Counted from the stretch's first letter, positions 1 through 10,338 are shown. The stretch: 64,000 nucleotides of DNA from Candidatus Aminicenantes bacterium (GCA_020348385.1 CP070750.1:4264520-4328519); one strand, 5' to 3'. Numbers and translations are program-made. The notes: a model not told the origin generated them from the letters alone.

Positions 1-88
1 CTACCTGGACGAAAAGGCAAGAGGACCGATCGAGAAAAAATACATAAACTCCGTTTTTCACGTTTCCCATGCCGAAAAACAGAATAGC

Positions 89-2356
89 ATGGACGATTAT
101 CGCGAAACAGGATTGACGGTCAAACCTCCTGTTGTTTGGAGGTATTTTGTGCGGGTCAAACCGCAACATCTGGAACAGTTCGCCGAGAAAAATAAAATCA
201 CGGATATCCCAGCGGCAGAGGACGAATTCGTTTTTCAGAACAGTTTTCGTCTGAATACAGAATACTACGAGAACCAGCAGAATCCTCGAGCTTTTGTTCT
301 GTCACACGGCCGTGATCTCATGATCCTGAAAGGTGTCGGATATGCAGAGGAGATCGCACGATATTACCGCCTGGAAGAAACCCGGGCACATCTTTGGATC
401 GGGCACCAGCGATACCCGACCAGAGGCCGTGTCTGGCATCCCGGAGGCGCACATCCCTTTGTCGGCCTGCAGGAAGCGCTTGTTCATAATGGAGATTTTG
501 CCAATTACTATGCTGTTTGTGAATACCTCCGTCAATGGGGACTTATCCCTCAGTTTATTACCGATACGGAGGTCTCTGTGTTGCTTTTTGATCTGTACTC
601 CCGTGTACTTGGGTATCCTCTGGAGTTCGTGATCGAAGCATTAGCCCCGACGCCAGAAGGAGATTTCGAACGTTTGTCCAAGCGGCGACAGCGGATCTAC
701 CGTGCGATCCAGTCAGCCCACCTGCACGGCTCTCCCGATGGACCCTGGTTTTTTATCGTCGCCCGGGCCGAGCCCGGAACCGGAGTCCCTCAACTTATCG
801 GGATCACCGATGTTTCCATGCTCAGGCCACAAGTGTTTTGCTTGTATGAAGGCGAAAAGTGCTTTGGAGCGATCGCCAGTGAAAAACAAGCACTGGACGC
901 TTTTTTCGAAGAAGTCGCTTCCGAAGATTCTTCTGTACCCTCCAGAGCAGACCGATATTGGGCAGCGCGTGGAGGAAGCTGCACGGATGGCGGCGCCTTT
1001 GTTTACACGTTGAAAAAGGAAAATGGCAGGGTTCTCCTCGACGTCCGTGACAAATTCGGCCATCAGATCAACGGAATATCCTCTCCGGGAACAGGAATGG
1101 AAAAACCATCTCCGCCCCTTCGTTTGGAATGCAGGACAAATAACAAGGGAAAGGAATCAAGCAGCAGAAAACCAGAAGATGAGGTTCCTGAACGTTCAAC
1201 GATTATCTCCCACGATCCTTTACTGGTAACGTTGGAAAAGCTAAAAAAAGACCTGCAACAAAACCTGTATAAAAAATTTAAAAGCAGAATAAAAAAGCTT
1301 GTCGAAAAAAAAGGGATAAACGAAACCCTCGAAAAATTGACCCTTCTCCTAGACAGACGATGGGATCCAGGAGAGGGGCAGCAGACATTCCAGATCGCTG
1401 CCATCGAACAATCGATCCGGGACATCCTGGATTCTGTACCGCCTCCCGGAAAAAATAACAAGGCGGGAATGATAAGACTGGATGGGAGCAGCGCCTGGGA
1501 AAGCCCGCTTCCCAAACCCGGCCAATCCATGGATACCATGGTAATCGATGCGGGAATTTTCCCCAATGATGGGCCCAACGCTGTTTCTAGAGCCATCGCC
1601 AGCGCCCATGCACAAGGCTGGAGAAAATTTATCCTTTATCGCTGCCGAGGAGATCGTTTTATCGGATGTGGGTTGGGCTCAAACACTGATGATGTTCGTA
1701 TCGACGTTTACGGATCCAGTGGCGATTACCTGGGCAGCGGTTTGGATGGAGCCCAACTATACGTCCATGGCGATGCCCAGGACCAAGTCGGACAGATCCT
1801 TAAGTCGGGGAAAATCGTGATTTTCGGGAACGTGGGCCAGACGTTTCTGTATGGAGCTAAAGGTGGGGAAGCCTTTGTCATGGGGTCTGCGGCAGGTCGT
1901 CCTCTGATCAATGCTGTGGGTCGTATCCGGGCCATCATCAACGGCACCTGCCTCGATTATTGCGCAGAAAGTTTTATGGCAGGAGAACAGACCGGCGGAG
2001 GGTTCGTGATCATCAATGGTTTGACCTATGACACGCGTGGTGAAGTTATCGGATTGGAAATGAAATATCCCGGGAACAACTTGTTCTCCTTGGCATCGGG
2101 CGGAGCATGCTACCTGAATGATCCTTACCAAACCGTCACAGAAAATCAGCTCAACGGCGCGGAGTTCATCTCTTTCCGTCAAGAAGATTGGAACATGATT
2201 TTACCCTATCTAGAAGAAAACGAACGCCTCTTCGGGATCAACATACGGCACGATCTGCTTATGGTAGACGGGGTTCTCAAATGGCCGGAAGAGGTCTTTC
2301 GAAAAATCATTGCCAGTAGAGAAACACAAGAACTTGACTGGACATCTTTGGATTAA
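89..2356 (+). CDS. Glutamate-synthase-like protein with a C-terminal GXGXG domain (GltB C-terminal / FwdC-like fold) and an N-terminal class-II glutamine-amidotransferase-like region. Possibly 5'-partial.
   Basis: 755-aa ORF. The C-terminal ~250 aa show the G-rich GXGXG pattern typical of the glutamate synthase alpha-subunit C-terminal domain (GSSGDYLGSGLDGAQLYVHGDAQDQVG...LYGAKGGEAFVMGSAAGRPL). The N-terminal part resembles an Ntn/GATase-II fold (HQRYPTRG...), but no Cys follows Met1. The reading frame stays open from position 2 to 89, so the true start may lie upstream of the window. Confidence 0.6.
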   Translation: MDDYRETGLTVKPPVVWRYFVRVKPQHLEQFAEKNKITDIPAAEDEFVFQNSFRLNTEYYENQQNPRAFVLSHGRDLMILKGVGYAEEIARYYRLEETRAHLWIGHQRYPTRGRVWHPGGAHPFVGLQEALVHNGDFANYYAVCEYLRQWGLIPQFITDTEVSVLLFDLYSRVLGYPLEFVIEALAPTPEGDFERLSKRRQRIYRAIQSAHLHGSPDGPWFFIVARAEPGTGVPQLIGITDVSMLRPQVFCLYEGEKCFGAIASEKQALDAFFEEVASEDSSVPSRADRYWAARGGSCTDGGAFVYTLKKENGRVLLDVRDKFGHQINGISSPGTGMEKPSPPLRLECRTNNKGKESSSRKPEDEVPERSTIISHDPLLVTLEKLKKDLQQNLYKKFKSRIKKLVEKKGINETLEKLTLLLDRRWDPGEGQQTFQIAAIEQSIRDILDSVPPPGKNNKAGMIRLDGSSAWESPLPKPGQSMDTMVIDAGIFPNDGPNAVSRAIASAHAQGWRKFILYRCRGDRFIGCGLGSNTDDVRIDVYGSSGDYLGSGLDGAQLYVHGDAQDQVGQILKSGKIVIFGNVGQTFLYGAKGGEAFVMGSAAGRPLINAVGRIRAIINGTCLDYCAESFMAGEQTGGGFVIINGLTYDTRGEVIGLEMKYPGNNLFSLASGGACYLNDPYQTVTENQLNGAEFISFRQEDWNMILPYLEENERLFGINIRHDLLMVDGVLKWPEEVFRKIIASRETQELDWTSLD

Positions 2357-2419
2357 ACGGCCCAAATATTATAGAATAGGTATTTGCTCCATCATATCTC
2401 ATCAAACAAAGGTGATAGA

Positions 2420-3835
2420 ATGATAAAAACATTTGTGATCTTCTCAGTATGTATTCTGTGTGTTTTTCTGATATCTTGTGCTGATACGGCCTCATCAGAA
2501 TCGAACGAAGAAAATCCCGATTCCCAGAAGGCAGCACAGAAGGTCCAGACAGAAAACTGGCCGCAATTCCGTGGGCACAACGCATCAGGAATCGCAACCG
2601 GACAAGACCTGCCTTTGAATTGGGATGTAAAAACAGGAACCAACATCCTCTGGAAAAAGCCGATCCCTGGGCTGGGTCATTCCTCTCCAGTAGTTTGGGG
2701 CGATCGGGTATTTGTAACAACAGCGGTAGGAGAGGGCAAAGAAGCTTATCTCAAAGTCGGCCGCTATGGAGAAAGCCCGGATAATCCCGAGGATTTCGTT
2801 CATCACTACAAAGTCTATTGTCTTGACAGGAAGACCGGAGATATCATCTGGGAAAAAACGGCATACAGCGGAAAGCCCAAGGTAAATCGTCACATCAAAT
2901 CCAGCCACGCCAATTGCACACCTGTCACGGATGGCAAACATCTCCTCGTTTTTTTCGGCTCACAAGGGCTGTATTGTTATGATCTCGATGGAAAACTTCT
3001 TTGGACAAAAGATCTGGGATATCTCGATGCTGGGGCCTTCGATGTTCCTGAAGTTCAATGGGGATTCGGCAGCTCCCCGATCATATACGAGGACAAGGTT
3101 ATTGTGCTCTGCGATGTGAACAACCAGTCTTTCATCACAGCCTTGGAATTGGAAACCGGAAAAGACATCTGGCGCACTTTGCGTGATGAAAACCCGACAT
3201 GGGGAACTCCCACGGTTCACAAATCAGAAAACCGCACGCAGGTGATCGTCAATGGATACAAACACATCGGCAGCTATGAGGTCGAGACGGGCAAAGCAAT
3301 ATGGTGGATGCACGGAGGCGGAGACGTCCCCTGCCCGACTCCTGTGGTGTCCAACAGCCTGGTTTTTATCACCAATGCTCACGGCCGGATGCGTCCTATC
3401 TATGCCATCAAACTGGAGGCAGAAGGGGATATATCCCTTGCCAGGGATGAAACGTCTAATCAATACATCCCCTGGTTTTACCCCAGGCGCGGTGCATACC
3501 AACCGACCCCTGTGGTTTTGGATGACCTATTGTATGTGGCAGACAACGGAGGTATACTGACCTGCTACGTAGCTGAAACCGGCGAGGAAATGTACAGGAA
3601 TCCGATCGGTGGTGACATAAGCTCGTACTCAGCCTCGCCCGTGGTAGCCGATGGAAAACTGTATTTTTCAGACGAATACGGAAACATCCATATCGTCAAA
3701 GCAGGACCGAAATACGAGCATCTGGCAGTCAACAAAATGGACGAAATTTGCATGGCATCACCAGCCATATCCGGAAAAACTCTATTTATCCGCGCACGCA
3801 GAAATCTGTATGCGATCAGCAAAGAAGTGAATTAA
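2420..3835 (+). CDS. PQQ-like beta-propeller repeat lipoprotein (paralog family member A)
   Basis: ATG at 2420 is preceded by GGTGA. The signal peptide has an L-I-S-C lipobox. An N-terminal WPQFRG motif is followed by repeated W/G-rich blades (HSSPVVWGDRVFV...). About 55-60% identical to the ORF at 25158..26519. Confidence 0.8.
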   Translation: MIKTFVIFSVCILCVFLISCADTASSESNEENPDSQKAAQKVQTENWPQFRGHNASGIATGQDLPLNWDVKTGTNILWKKPIPGLGHSSPVVWGDRVFVTTAVGEGKEAYLKVGRYGESPDNPEDFVHHYKVYCLDRKTGDIIWEKTAYSGKPKVNRHIKSSHANCTPVTDGKHLLVFFGSQGLYCYDLDGKLLWTKDLGYLDAGAFDVPEVQWGFGSSPIIYEDKVIVLCDVNNQSFITALELETGKDIWRTLRDENPTWGTPTVHKSENRTQVIVNGYKHIGSYEVETGKAIWWMHGGGDVPCPTPVVSNSLVFITNAHGRMRPIYAIKLEAEGDISLARDETSNQYIPWFYPRRGAYQPTPVVLDDLLYVADNGGILTCYVAETGEEMYRNPIGGDISSYSASPVVADGKLYFSDEYGNIHIVKAGPKYEHLAVNKMDEICMASPAISGKTLFIRARRNLYAISKEVN

Positions 3836-3848
3836 TAAGGAGGTGACA

Positions 3849-4226
3849 ATGGGCGAAGCAAAGGAAAATATCTGCACAGGTGGCCCCACATTGATTTTTG
3901 CTTGTTCAGGAGCCGCCGATGTGGGAGCTCTCTCGGATCTGGCCGCAAGGAAGTTGACAACAGATGGTGTGGGCAAAATGTACTGCCTGGCTGGCATCGG
4001 TGGCCGGGTCAAAGGGATTATGCAGACCACACAAAACGCAGCTCATATTCTGGCCATCGATGGGTGTGCCCTCGATTGCGTGAAGCTTTGCCTAGACGAA
4101 GCCGGGTTTGTGGAATTCGATCATATTCGGGTGACAGACTGCGGTTTGGAAAAGGGGCAATCGCCAGCGACAAATGAAAATATTACATCAGTTGTCAGGG
4201 GAGCCCGAAAAAAACTCGGCGCGTAA
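3849..4226 (+). CDS. DGC-domain (putative zinc-binding) protein
   Basis: AAGGAGG lies 5 nt upstream of the ATG at 3849. A conserved AIDGCALDC motif and several Cys residues (FACSG, CLAG) are present. Length is ~125 aa. Confidence 0.55.
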   Translation: MGEAKENICTGGPTLIFACSGAADVGALSDLAARKLTTDGVGKMYCLAGIGGRVKGIMQTTQNAAHILAIDGCALDCVKLCLDEAGFVEFDHIRVTDCGLEKGQSPATNENITSVVRGARKKLGA

Positions 4227-4244
4227 TACGCTCTCAAATTATTA

Positions 4245-5582
4245 TCATTCCTCTTCTATACAGTACAAATATTTGTACCCACGGAGGAAGAGCTGTTTTC
4301 CCAAAACCACAGGCGATGCGTTAAAATTATCCTCCAGGATGTTTTTAGCCAGAGTGGCAAATTCAGGGCCCTGTTTGACCACATAAAATGTACCCTTTTG
4401 CCCGGTGACATAAATCCGGTCTTTAGCACCGACTAAAGAAGCGAAAATATTCCCCATTCCTTCCAGTTTCTGTGCCGTGTAAAGGGGCGTTCCCGTCTTG
4501 GCATCGAAACAGGAAAGGTTCCCATTGTTTCCCCTGAGGAAATACAGATAATTTCCTTGGATCATAGGAGAAGGGGTGTAGGGCGTGTCCTTGTCGTGTT
4601 TCCAGACAATGGCGTCGGAATCGGTTATGTTACCTTTGGCTTTTGCCAACTGGATGGCCAAAAGGGCATTTCCCCTGAATCCGCTCATGACATACAGGAT
4701 GCCATCGGCGGTAAGCGGCATGGGAATAGCATTCTGTGTCATGCCACCGCACTCCCAGATCTGCTCACCCGTTTCCAGGTCATAACTGCGGATGAGCTTT
4801 GTGGCACTGGCGATGACCTGAGGTTTCCCGTTGACTTCGACGACATATGGAGTGGCCCATGAAGTGCCTTCATCGCGATCGACCTTCCATATATCCTTCC
4901 CGGTTTTTTTATCCAACGCAACAATGAACGACTGTCCTTCGTGATCCCATGTAATGATGATTTTGTCTCCAAACAAAGCAGGAGAACTCCCTTCTCCGAA
5001 ATTCATGCGTTTGGACAACTGGCCAAAATCCCGTTCCCATTTGATTTGGCCTTCAAAATCCAGACAATAGAGCCCTCGGGAACCAAAATAGGCATAGACA
5101 TGTTCGCCATCGGTCACAGGCGAATGGGAAGCCCAGCTGCCGAATTCATGCGTTCCTTCTTGGGGCATTTCTTCTTTAACCGTTTTTTGCCAGAGTATCC
5201 TTCCGTCATCCCGATTGACAGCCATAACGACAAACCTGTGGATTTTTGTCGTTCTCGTCAAGGGCATGCCCCGCCCATGTTGTGGTTCTGAAGATTGATC
5301 TAGTGCTTGGCCCTCTTTATCGGTTTCAACAGCGGTTAAGATAAAGATCTTATCACCCCAGATGATCGGAGTGGAATGACCCTTACCGGGGATGGCTATT
5401 TTCCATTTGACGTTTTTTGTCTCGCCCCATTCGACAGGCGGATCTCCATCGGGCGATACGCCTGTCATAAATGGACCGCGCCATTGGTGCCAGTATTTTT
5501 CGATATCCGACGCACTTTGAGCCTGGAGAAACGAACCCGTAACGACAAACACACAAGCTATCAAAATCACACTTTTTTTCAT
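4245..5582 (-). CDS. PQQ-like beta-propeller repeat protein, secreted (paralog)
   Basis: Probable start is MKKSVILIACVFVVTGSFLQAQSAS (signal peptide) at 5582; the ORF track extends it to 5714. HQWRGP motif and repeated blade motifs (HSTPIIWGDKIFI). Confidence 0.8.
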   Translation of the reverse strand: MKKSVILIACVFVVTGSFLQAQSASDIEKYWHQWRGPFMTGVSPDGDPPVEWGETKNVKWKIAIPGKGHSTPIIWGDKIFILTAVETDKEGQALDQSSEPQHGRGMPLTRTTKIHRFVVMAVNRDDGRILWQKTVKEEMPQEGTHEFGSWASHSPVTDGEHVYAYFGSRGLYCLDFEGQIKWERDFGQLSKRMNFGEGSSPALFGDKIIITWDHEGQSFIVALDKKTGKDIWKVDRDEGTSWATPYVVEVNGKPQVIASATKLIRSYDLETGEQIWECGGMTQNAIPMPLTADGILYVMSGFRGNALLAIQLAKAKGNITDSDAIVWKHDKDTPYTPSPMIQGNYLYFLRGNNGNLSCFDAKTGTPLYTAQKLEGMGNIFASLVGAKDRIYVTGQKGTFYVVKQGPEFATLAKNILEDNFNASPVVLGKQLFLRGYKYLYCIEEE

Positions 5583-5616
5583 CAAATTCCGTTTCCTTTT
5601 TTTAAATAGTATTTTT

Positions 5617-6981
5617 TTATTGTTCGATGCAGTACAAATGAGAGGACGTTCGAATGAAAAGCTGCGAACCCGAGACAGCAGGTGAAGCCAGAGTATAAGA
5701 TCCATCCAATTCATTGGTCGCCAGCAGCTTGAATTCCGGCTCGACCGAAATGATCGAGGTCACAGCATTTTCGTTTATGATGTAGAGTTTGCCATCGGCC
5801 AAAATCGGAGACGCACTGACAATGCCTTCAGTTGTGGTCTCAGGCCCCCAGATCAGGGTTCCGGTTTTGGCATCTAGGCAGGTCACCAGTCCACGATCAT
5901 CCACCATGTAAAAATACTTCCCGTCACTCACAGGTGAGGGGACATCTGGGGCTGCTGAGCCCTCATACTTCCAAACAAGATGGCTTTCCGTGATATCCCC
6001 GGTTCCCCCGACATTTAAAGCCAAGAGGGGTTTTTTCCGGGTCGGCGCATAGATGATACCATCCACGATAATTGGCGTGGGGACGACCCGATAATTGGGC
6101 CGCTTGAGGGGATTCAATCCCCCTGCCCGCCAAATTTCTTTCCCTGTCTCGAAGTCATGCCCAGTGACGTAATCTCCTCCGGAAATAACGATTTGGGTAT
6201 GGCCATCATGCTCGAGTAAAACCGGTGTGGTGTAGGCATCGGGAGATTCCCTTTGGGCATCCGTGGGACGCTCTTGATGCCACAATTCTTTGCCTGTGGC
6301 GGCATCCAATGAGACAAGATAAGATGGATCGTCAGTCTTCATCCCGTGCAGGACTTCGATGATCAAATTCCCATCATGCAACAAAGGCGAAGAACCATAT
6401 CCCCAGTTATGGCCAAAAGGGCCATAATCCTTCTGAAGATCTTTTTTCCAAACGGGCTTGCCGTCCATATCGAAGGCCGCCACTTTACCCGTCCCGGTGA
6501 CCACCCAGACGTGTTTGCCATCGGTGACAGGTGATGGGGTAGCGTCGTTTTGTTTGCGGTGGAGCTGGTTTTTATCGTCCAGCTCTCGCTTCCAGAGGAT
6601 CTTGCCGTCCTTTTTGGATAGGCAAAACAACAGCAGTTTCGGACCCCCAGGATCGAGCGTACTCCTTCGTCTTCTTCTCTGTGTCTGGCTTTGTTCCTCC
6701 GCCGGTTTTTGCTCCGGCTCTGGTTTAGGCTCGGATTTGGAGGGGGAGTTGATGAATACCCTATCTCCCCAGATGATCGGGGTTGCCGCACTCCAGGAAG
6801 GTAATGATGTCTTCCACACGATGTTTTCCGTTGCGCTCCAACTCATCGGGAGATTTTTCGCATCGATTATCCCGTTGTGATGGGGACCTCGCCAATGAGG
6901 CCAGTTATTCTCTGCCTGCAAAAAACTAGAGATGGATAAAAGGGCCAACAATAAAGCATAAGTGATGACGTGTTTTTTCAT
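5617..6981 (-). CDS. PQQ-like beta-propeller repeat protein, secreted, with a Pro/Glu/Lys/Arg-rich low-complexity insert
   Basis: GGAGG RBS before the ATG at 6981. Signal peptide, WPHWRGP motif, and an insert SKSEPKPEPEQKPAEEQSQTQRRRRRS between blades (nt ~6637-6747). Confidence 0.8.
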   Translation of the reverse strand: MKKHVITYALLLALLSISSFLQAENNWPHWRGPHHNGIIDAKNLPMSWSATENIVWKTSLPSWSAATPIIWGDRVFINSPSKSEPKPEPEQKPAEEQSQTQRRRRRSTLDPGGPKLLLFCLSKKDGKILWKRELDDKNQLHRKQNDATPSPVTDGKHVWVVTGTGKVAAFDMDGKPVWKKDLQKDYGPFGHNWGYGSSPLLHDGNLIIEVLHGMKTDDPSYLVSLDAATGKELWHQERPTDAQRESPDAYTTPVLLEHDGHTQIVISGGDYVTGHDFETGKEIWRAGGLNPLKRPNYRVVPTPIIVDGIIYAPTRKKPLLALNVGGTGDITESHLVWKYEGSAAPDVPSPVSDGKYFYMVDDRGLVTCLDAKTGTLIWGPETTTEGIVSASPILADGKLYIINENAVTSIISVEPEFKLLATNELDGSYTLASPAVSGSQLFIRTSSHLYCIEQ

Positions 6982-7044
6982 TCTATTCCTCCATGTCTCG
7001 GCTTGTCCATATATACACTTCTACAATTTAGGTGGAAAAAATCC

Positions 7045-10000
7045 TCATTCCTTCCGTAAGGCTGGAATAAGATCTTCTTTTGTTGCCAACAAAGCGGCAG
7101 AAAACGTCCATATGATTCCATTCAGACTCACTATGACTAAGATGATAAGAATTGTAGGATAAGGGATTCCCGCACCCGGTGTCAAGAAGGTAGGAAGGAC
7201 GGCCAACAACGCAGCAATAATCCCGAACAAGATCCCCACAACCAACAAGGCCACATGTTCGGACAGGAGAATCGCCTGAATAGACTTTTTGTTGTAACCC
7301 ACGGCGCGGAGCAGCGCCAATTCTCCTCGTCGTTCATTGACATTCCGCCACACGACAACTCCCAAACCCACACTCCCCAAAAGCAATCCAAAACTTCCCA
7401 GGATCAGGAAAATGGATAAATACGTATTCTGGACCGTGTTGAACTCGGCGAGGCGAGTGGATGCAAGAGTCAAATCTAGGCCCTGATCCTGTAAGGCCCA
7501 GGATAAACGATCAGCAACGGTTGTCACCTTTTCAGGAGGCGCATCGACAAGGAATATCCGATAGCCGCTGATCGAGGGATATTTTTGGATTAATGTTTTT
7601 TCGGATACGATGATGTTCCCCTGAAACACGGAATTGGCCAATCCCCCCACCAGTTTGACTGGGAAGGTTTTTCCTTTTTCATCGCTGTAGGTCAAAACAT
7701 CTCCCACGGATTTGCCCAATCCCCACACGATGACGGATAAATCGGCAACGGCCGGGATCATGCCATCGGGTAATTTTTTATCCAAGACCATCCAGGGATT
7801 TTCCGGATCGATCTCACCTGACATGTCGGCGAACGTGAAAGACTTTCTTGCGGCAAGTTCCGCGGGCATAACGCCAATCAACTGGGGATGAGTTACACGG
7901 TTGAGGTTCAAGCAGCTGGCATCATCTCCTTCTTTCACACGAAACGGAACATATTTCACATCATCCGAGTTTATGGCATCCAATCCATAAAGCTGAGTTC
8001 CCTTCTGGCTGTCGAGGTCGTACAGGATCGGAATGGAACTCTCACCAAAAAGTGCGAATCCTCCTGTCCCTGAATCCCGCCTCTCGGAATCCTTAAGGGC
8101 ATTGAGCCGATTGGCACCCACCGTAAAAACGATGAACAAACCGCACGCCAATAGCCCTATCAACGTAATGCTGCGCGTGTGCTTTCTCGCGTTATTACGG
8201 ATTCCGATGTTCACATTGCTCAACCGAACCGCGTCCGTGTTTTTCCCTAGCATATACAGCAACACACGGGTAAAAGCCATTCCCCCGATGAGAAAAAGAG
8301 TACCGGCCAAGAAGAAAAAGAGAAAGGCCTGATCTCCTCTGCCGAAATCCGCCACGACCAGAATAATCAACAGAGCAGCCCAACTGACCAAGCCGATGAT
8401 CAAGCTCGTATTTGGCCTTTTTTTTTCGATCGTTTCGACTTTGGCTAGACCTCTCTGAAGGCCGGTGATGGGACGCTTGATCTGCCTCCAGGTCGCAAGC
8501 CATATGGTGAAAAAGGCAACGGCCACACCGATTGATACACCGATCAAAAGGGAAGAAAATCGGAAATGAATGTGGAGCGCTGAGGTTCCCACAGCACCCC
8601 GCCAGACTGTTTTTAAAGCGCTCAGGATAATCCCGTTGTACAGAACTCCCACAACACCTCCCAGCAGACTGCCGAGCACAACGAGCACAGCTCCTTCACG
8701 CAGAACTGCCCATTTGACAGCTTTCCTCGAGAAACCCAATGCCCGTAACAACCCGTTTTCTTCTGACCGGTTTTCTGTGTTAAAAACAAAAAGCAGACTG
8801 GTCAGCAAAAGGGCAGCGACGATGATGAAAAAACTCAATCCGAGGAATAGCTGAGAAAAATTGACAGACTGCGAGCTGGCACGGAGTCCTTCTTTTTTGA
8901 CATCCCGGAAAACAAATCCTAAATCGCTTGGATCCAGTTTGTTTATCAGAAAACTCTCCACTTCGGCCTGGTCAGAGATGGAGAAACGTACAGCTGTTAA
9001 ATCCCCGAACCGGTTGGCCCACAAGGCTCGAGCCTTATCCAAAGTCACAAAGGCCTTGGGAGTCCCCCTGAAATCGTCCCAGTATTCCTCATCTTTATCC
9101 CGGATTTTTTCCAAATCTATAGGTATGCCAGGATCCCAATCCCGGCAGTTTTCCTCACCGGACAAACCGGGAAAATCAGGCAGCAGATCTCTGTCCGCAT
9201 AAATACCCTCCAGAGGGACGACATCAATAATCCGGAATCCCGATTTTTTTTCCTGCAATTCCCGCCCCAAGCCCAAAATATAATAAGTCAGCTCTATCTG
9301 ATCTCCCACATTTGCGTTTAAATCTTGGGCAAGCCACCCATTGATGAGGATCTCATCGTCCTTCATGCCAGGGGGAATCAGCGGCGATCCGGGAGCAGAA
9401 ACAAAGGAGTAGGGTGTCGCTCGATCGCCCCGGCGGAGTTCGTTAACAAAATAGGTCAATACAGGCTGAGCCCCTTTACCGTATTCCTGTGCAGCAGCGG
9501 CTACAGGAGGAGCGAGAAAGATTCGATTCGATCTGAGTTCGACCATGTTTCGACCGGGAATATTTCTCAATTCAAGGCCGGCATCGGACAGGGTCCAAGC
9601 CTTTTTAAGAGCGTCATTCACTCCTTGTAAATCGAGAGATGCTTCGGCTTTCTCGGCGACAAGCAGAACATTGGCTCTGCCCTCAAAGCCCATTTCTTTC
9701 GATAAAAAATGCAGAGAGACAAACACTGTGCTGGGCGTGAGTTGGTCGGAACGGAGATTGAATTTCCCCAGCGCTGAATCCGCAGCGATGCTTTTGACCA
9801 GAAACCTTCGTGCTAATGATGAGTCGGAATCCAAAGAAAGAGGGGCATCTTTCGGCATGACATCCCGTTTCTCCATGCGCAGGAGAATCTCGTCGTTCTC
9901 CCGGATGTTCAGACGCGATGCCAGAGATCGGTTGACGATGGCCTCGTCGGGAGCAAGTTGCCCGAATCTTTCTTTAATCCCACCCATCTCCCCAAAACGG

Positions 10001-10338
10001 GAATCCACTCCGATAACTTGAATGTCGTTTACTCTGCGTTGCCCTCCCTCAGCGATGGCAATCCCTCTTGTTTGCAGGAGAGGGGCAACCGTCGTGTTCA
10101 GGGATTCGGCAAGATCGTCTGCCATCCTGACTTGGAAAAAACGATCTCCCGAAGAAAGGGCAAATTCTGTCGTTCCCAGTCTGTCAAACACGATTTTTCG
10201 AAGGCTATGACGAACCGAATCGCCGATAACAAGGGCACCGACCAGTATGGCTGTGCTCATCATGGTCCCCAAGACAACCCAGAGATGTGTTTTTCGATAA
10301 AAGAAAAGGCTTCGGAACAAAAATCGTCCTTTGTTCAT
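7045..10338 (-). CDS. ABC transporter permease, FtsX/MacB-type, with duplicated FtsX domains (1097 aa)
   Basis: N-terminus MNKGRFLFRSLFFYRKTHLWVV...GALVIGDS is typical of FtsX-family permeases. Two 4-TM FtsX-like hydrophobic blocks are separated by large extracytoplasmic domains. The stop overlaps the start of the ATPase gene. Confidence 0.8.
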   Translation of the reverse strand: MNKGRFLFRSLFFYRKTHLWVVLGTMMSTAILVGALVIGDSVRHSLRKIVFDRLGTTEFALSSGDRFFQVRMADDLAESLNTTVAPLLQTRGIAIAEGGQRRVNDIQVIGVDSRFGEMGGIKERFGQLAPDEAIVNRSLASRLNIRENDEILLRMEKRDVMPKDAPLSLDSDSSLARRFLVKSIAADSALGKFNLRSDQLTPSTVFVSLHFLSKEMGFEGRANVLLVAEKAEASLDLQGVNDALKKAWTLSDAGLELRNIPGRNMVELRSNRIFLAPPVAAAAQEYGKGAQPVLTYFVNELRRGDRATPYSFVSAPGSPLIPPGMKDDEILINGWLAQDLNANVGDQIELTYYILGLGRELQEKKSGFRIIDVVPLEGIYADRDLLPDFPGLSGEENCRDWDPGIPIDLEKIRDKDEEYWDDFRGTPKAFVTLDKARALWANRFGDLTAVRFSISDQAEVESFLINKLDPSDLGFVFRDVKKEGLRASSQSVNFSQLFLGLSFFIIVAALLLTSLLFVFNTENRSEENGLLRALGFSRKAVKWAVLREGAVLVVLGSLLGGVVGVLYNGIILSALKTVWRGAVGTSALHIHFRFSSLLIGVSIGVAVAFFTIWLATWRQIKRPITGLQRGLAKVETIEKKRPNTSLIIGLVSWAALLIILVVADFGRGDQAFLFFFLAGTLFLIGGMAFTRVLLYMLGKNTDAVRLSNVNIGIRNNARKHTRSITLIGLLACGLFIVFTVGANRLNALKDSERRDSGTGGFALFGESSIPILYDLDSQKGTQLYGLDAINSDDVKYVPFRVKEGDDASCLNLNRVTHPQLIGVMPAELAARKSFTFADMSGEIDPENPWMVLDKKLPDGMIPAVADLSVIVWGLGKSVGDVLTYSDEKGKTFPVKLVGGLANSVFQGNIIVSEKTLIQKYPSISGYRIFLVDAPPEKVTTVADRLSWALQDQGLDLTLASTRLAEFNTVQNTYLSIFLILGSFGLLLGSVGLGVVVWRNVNERRGELALLRAVGYNKKSIQAILLSEHVALLVVGILFGIIAALLAVLPTFLTPGAGIPYPTILIILVIVSLNGIIWTFSAALLATKEDLIPALRKE

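Noticed and set aside
1063-2182. Several 88-177-aa minus-strand ORFs (1063..1596, 1349..1615, 1757..2182)
   Set aside because: They are embedded antisense in the 755-aa GXGXG-domain gene and have no independent support.
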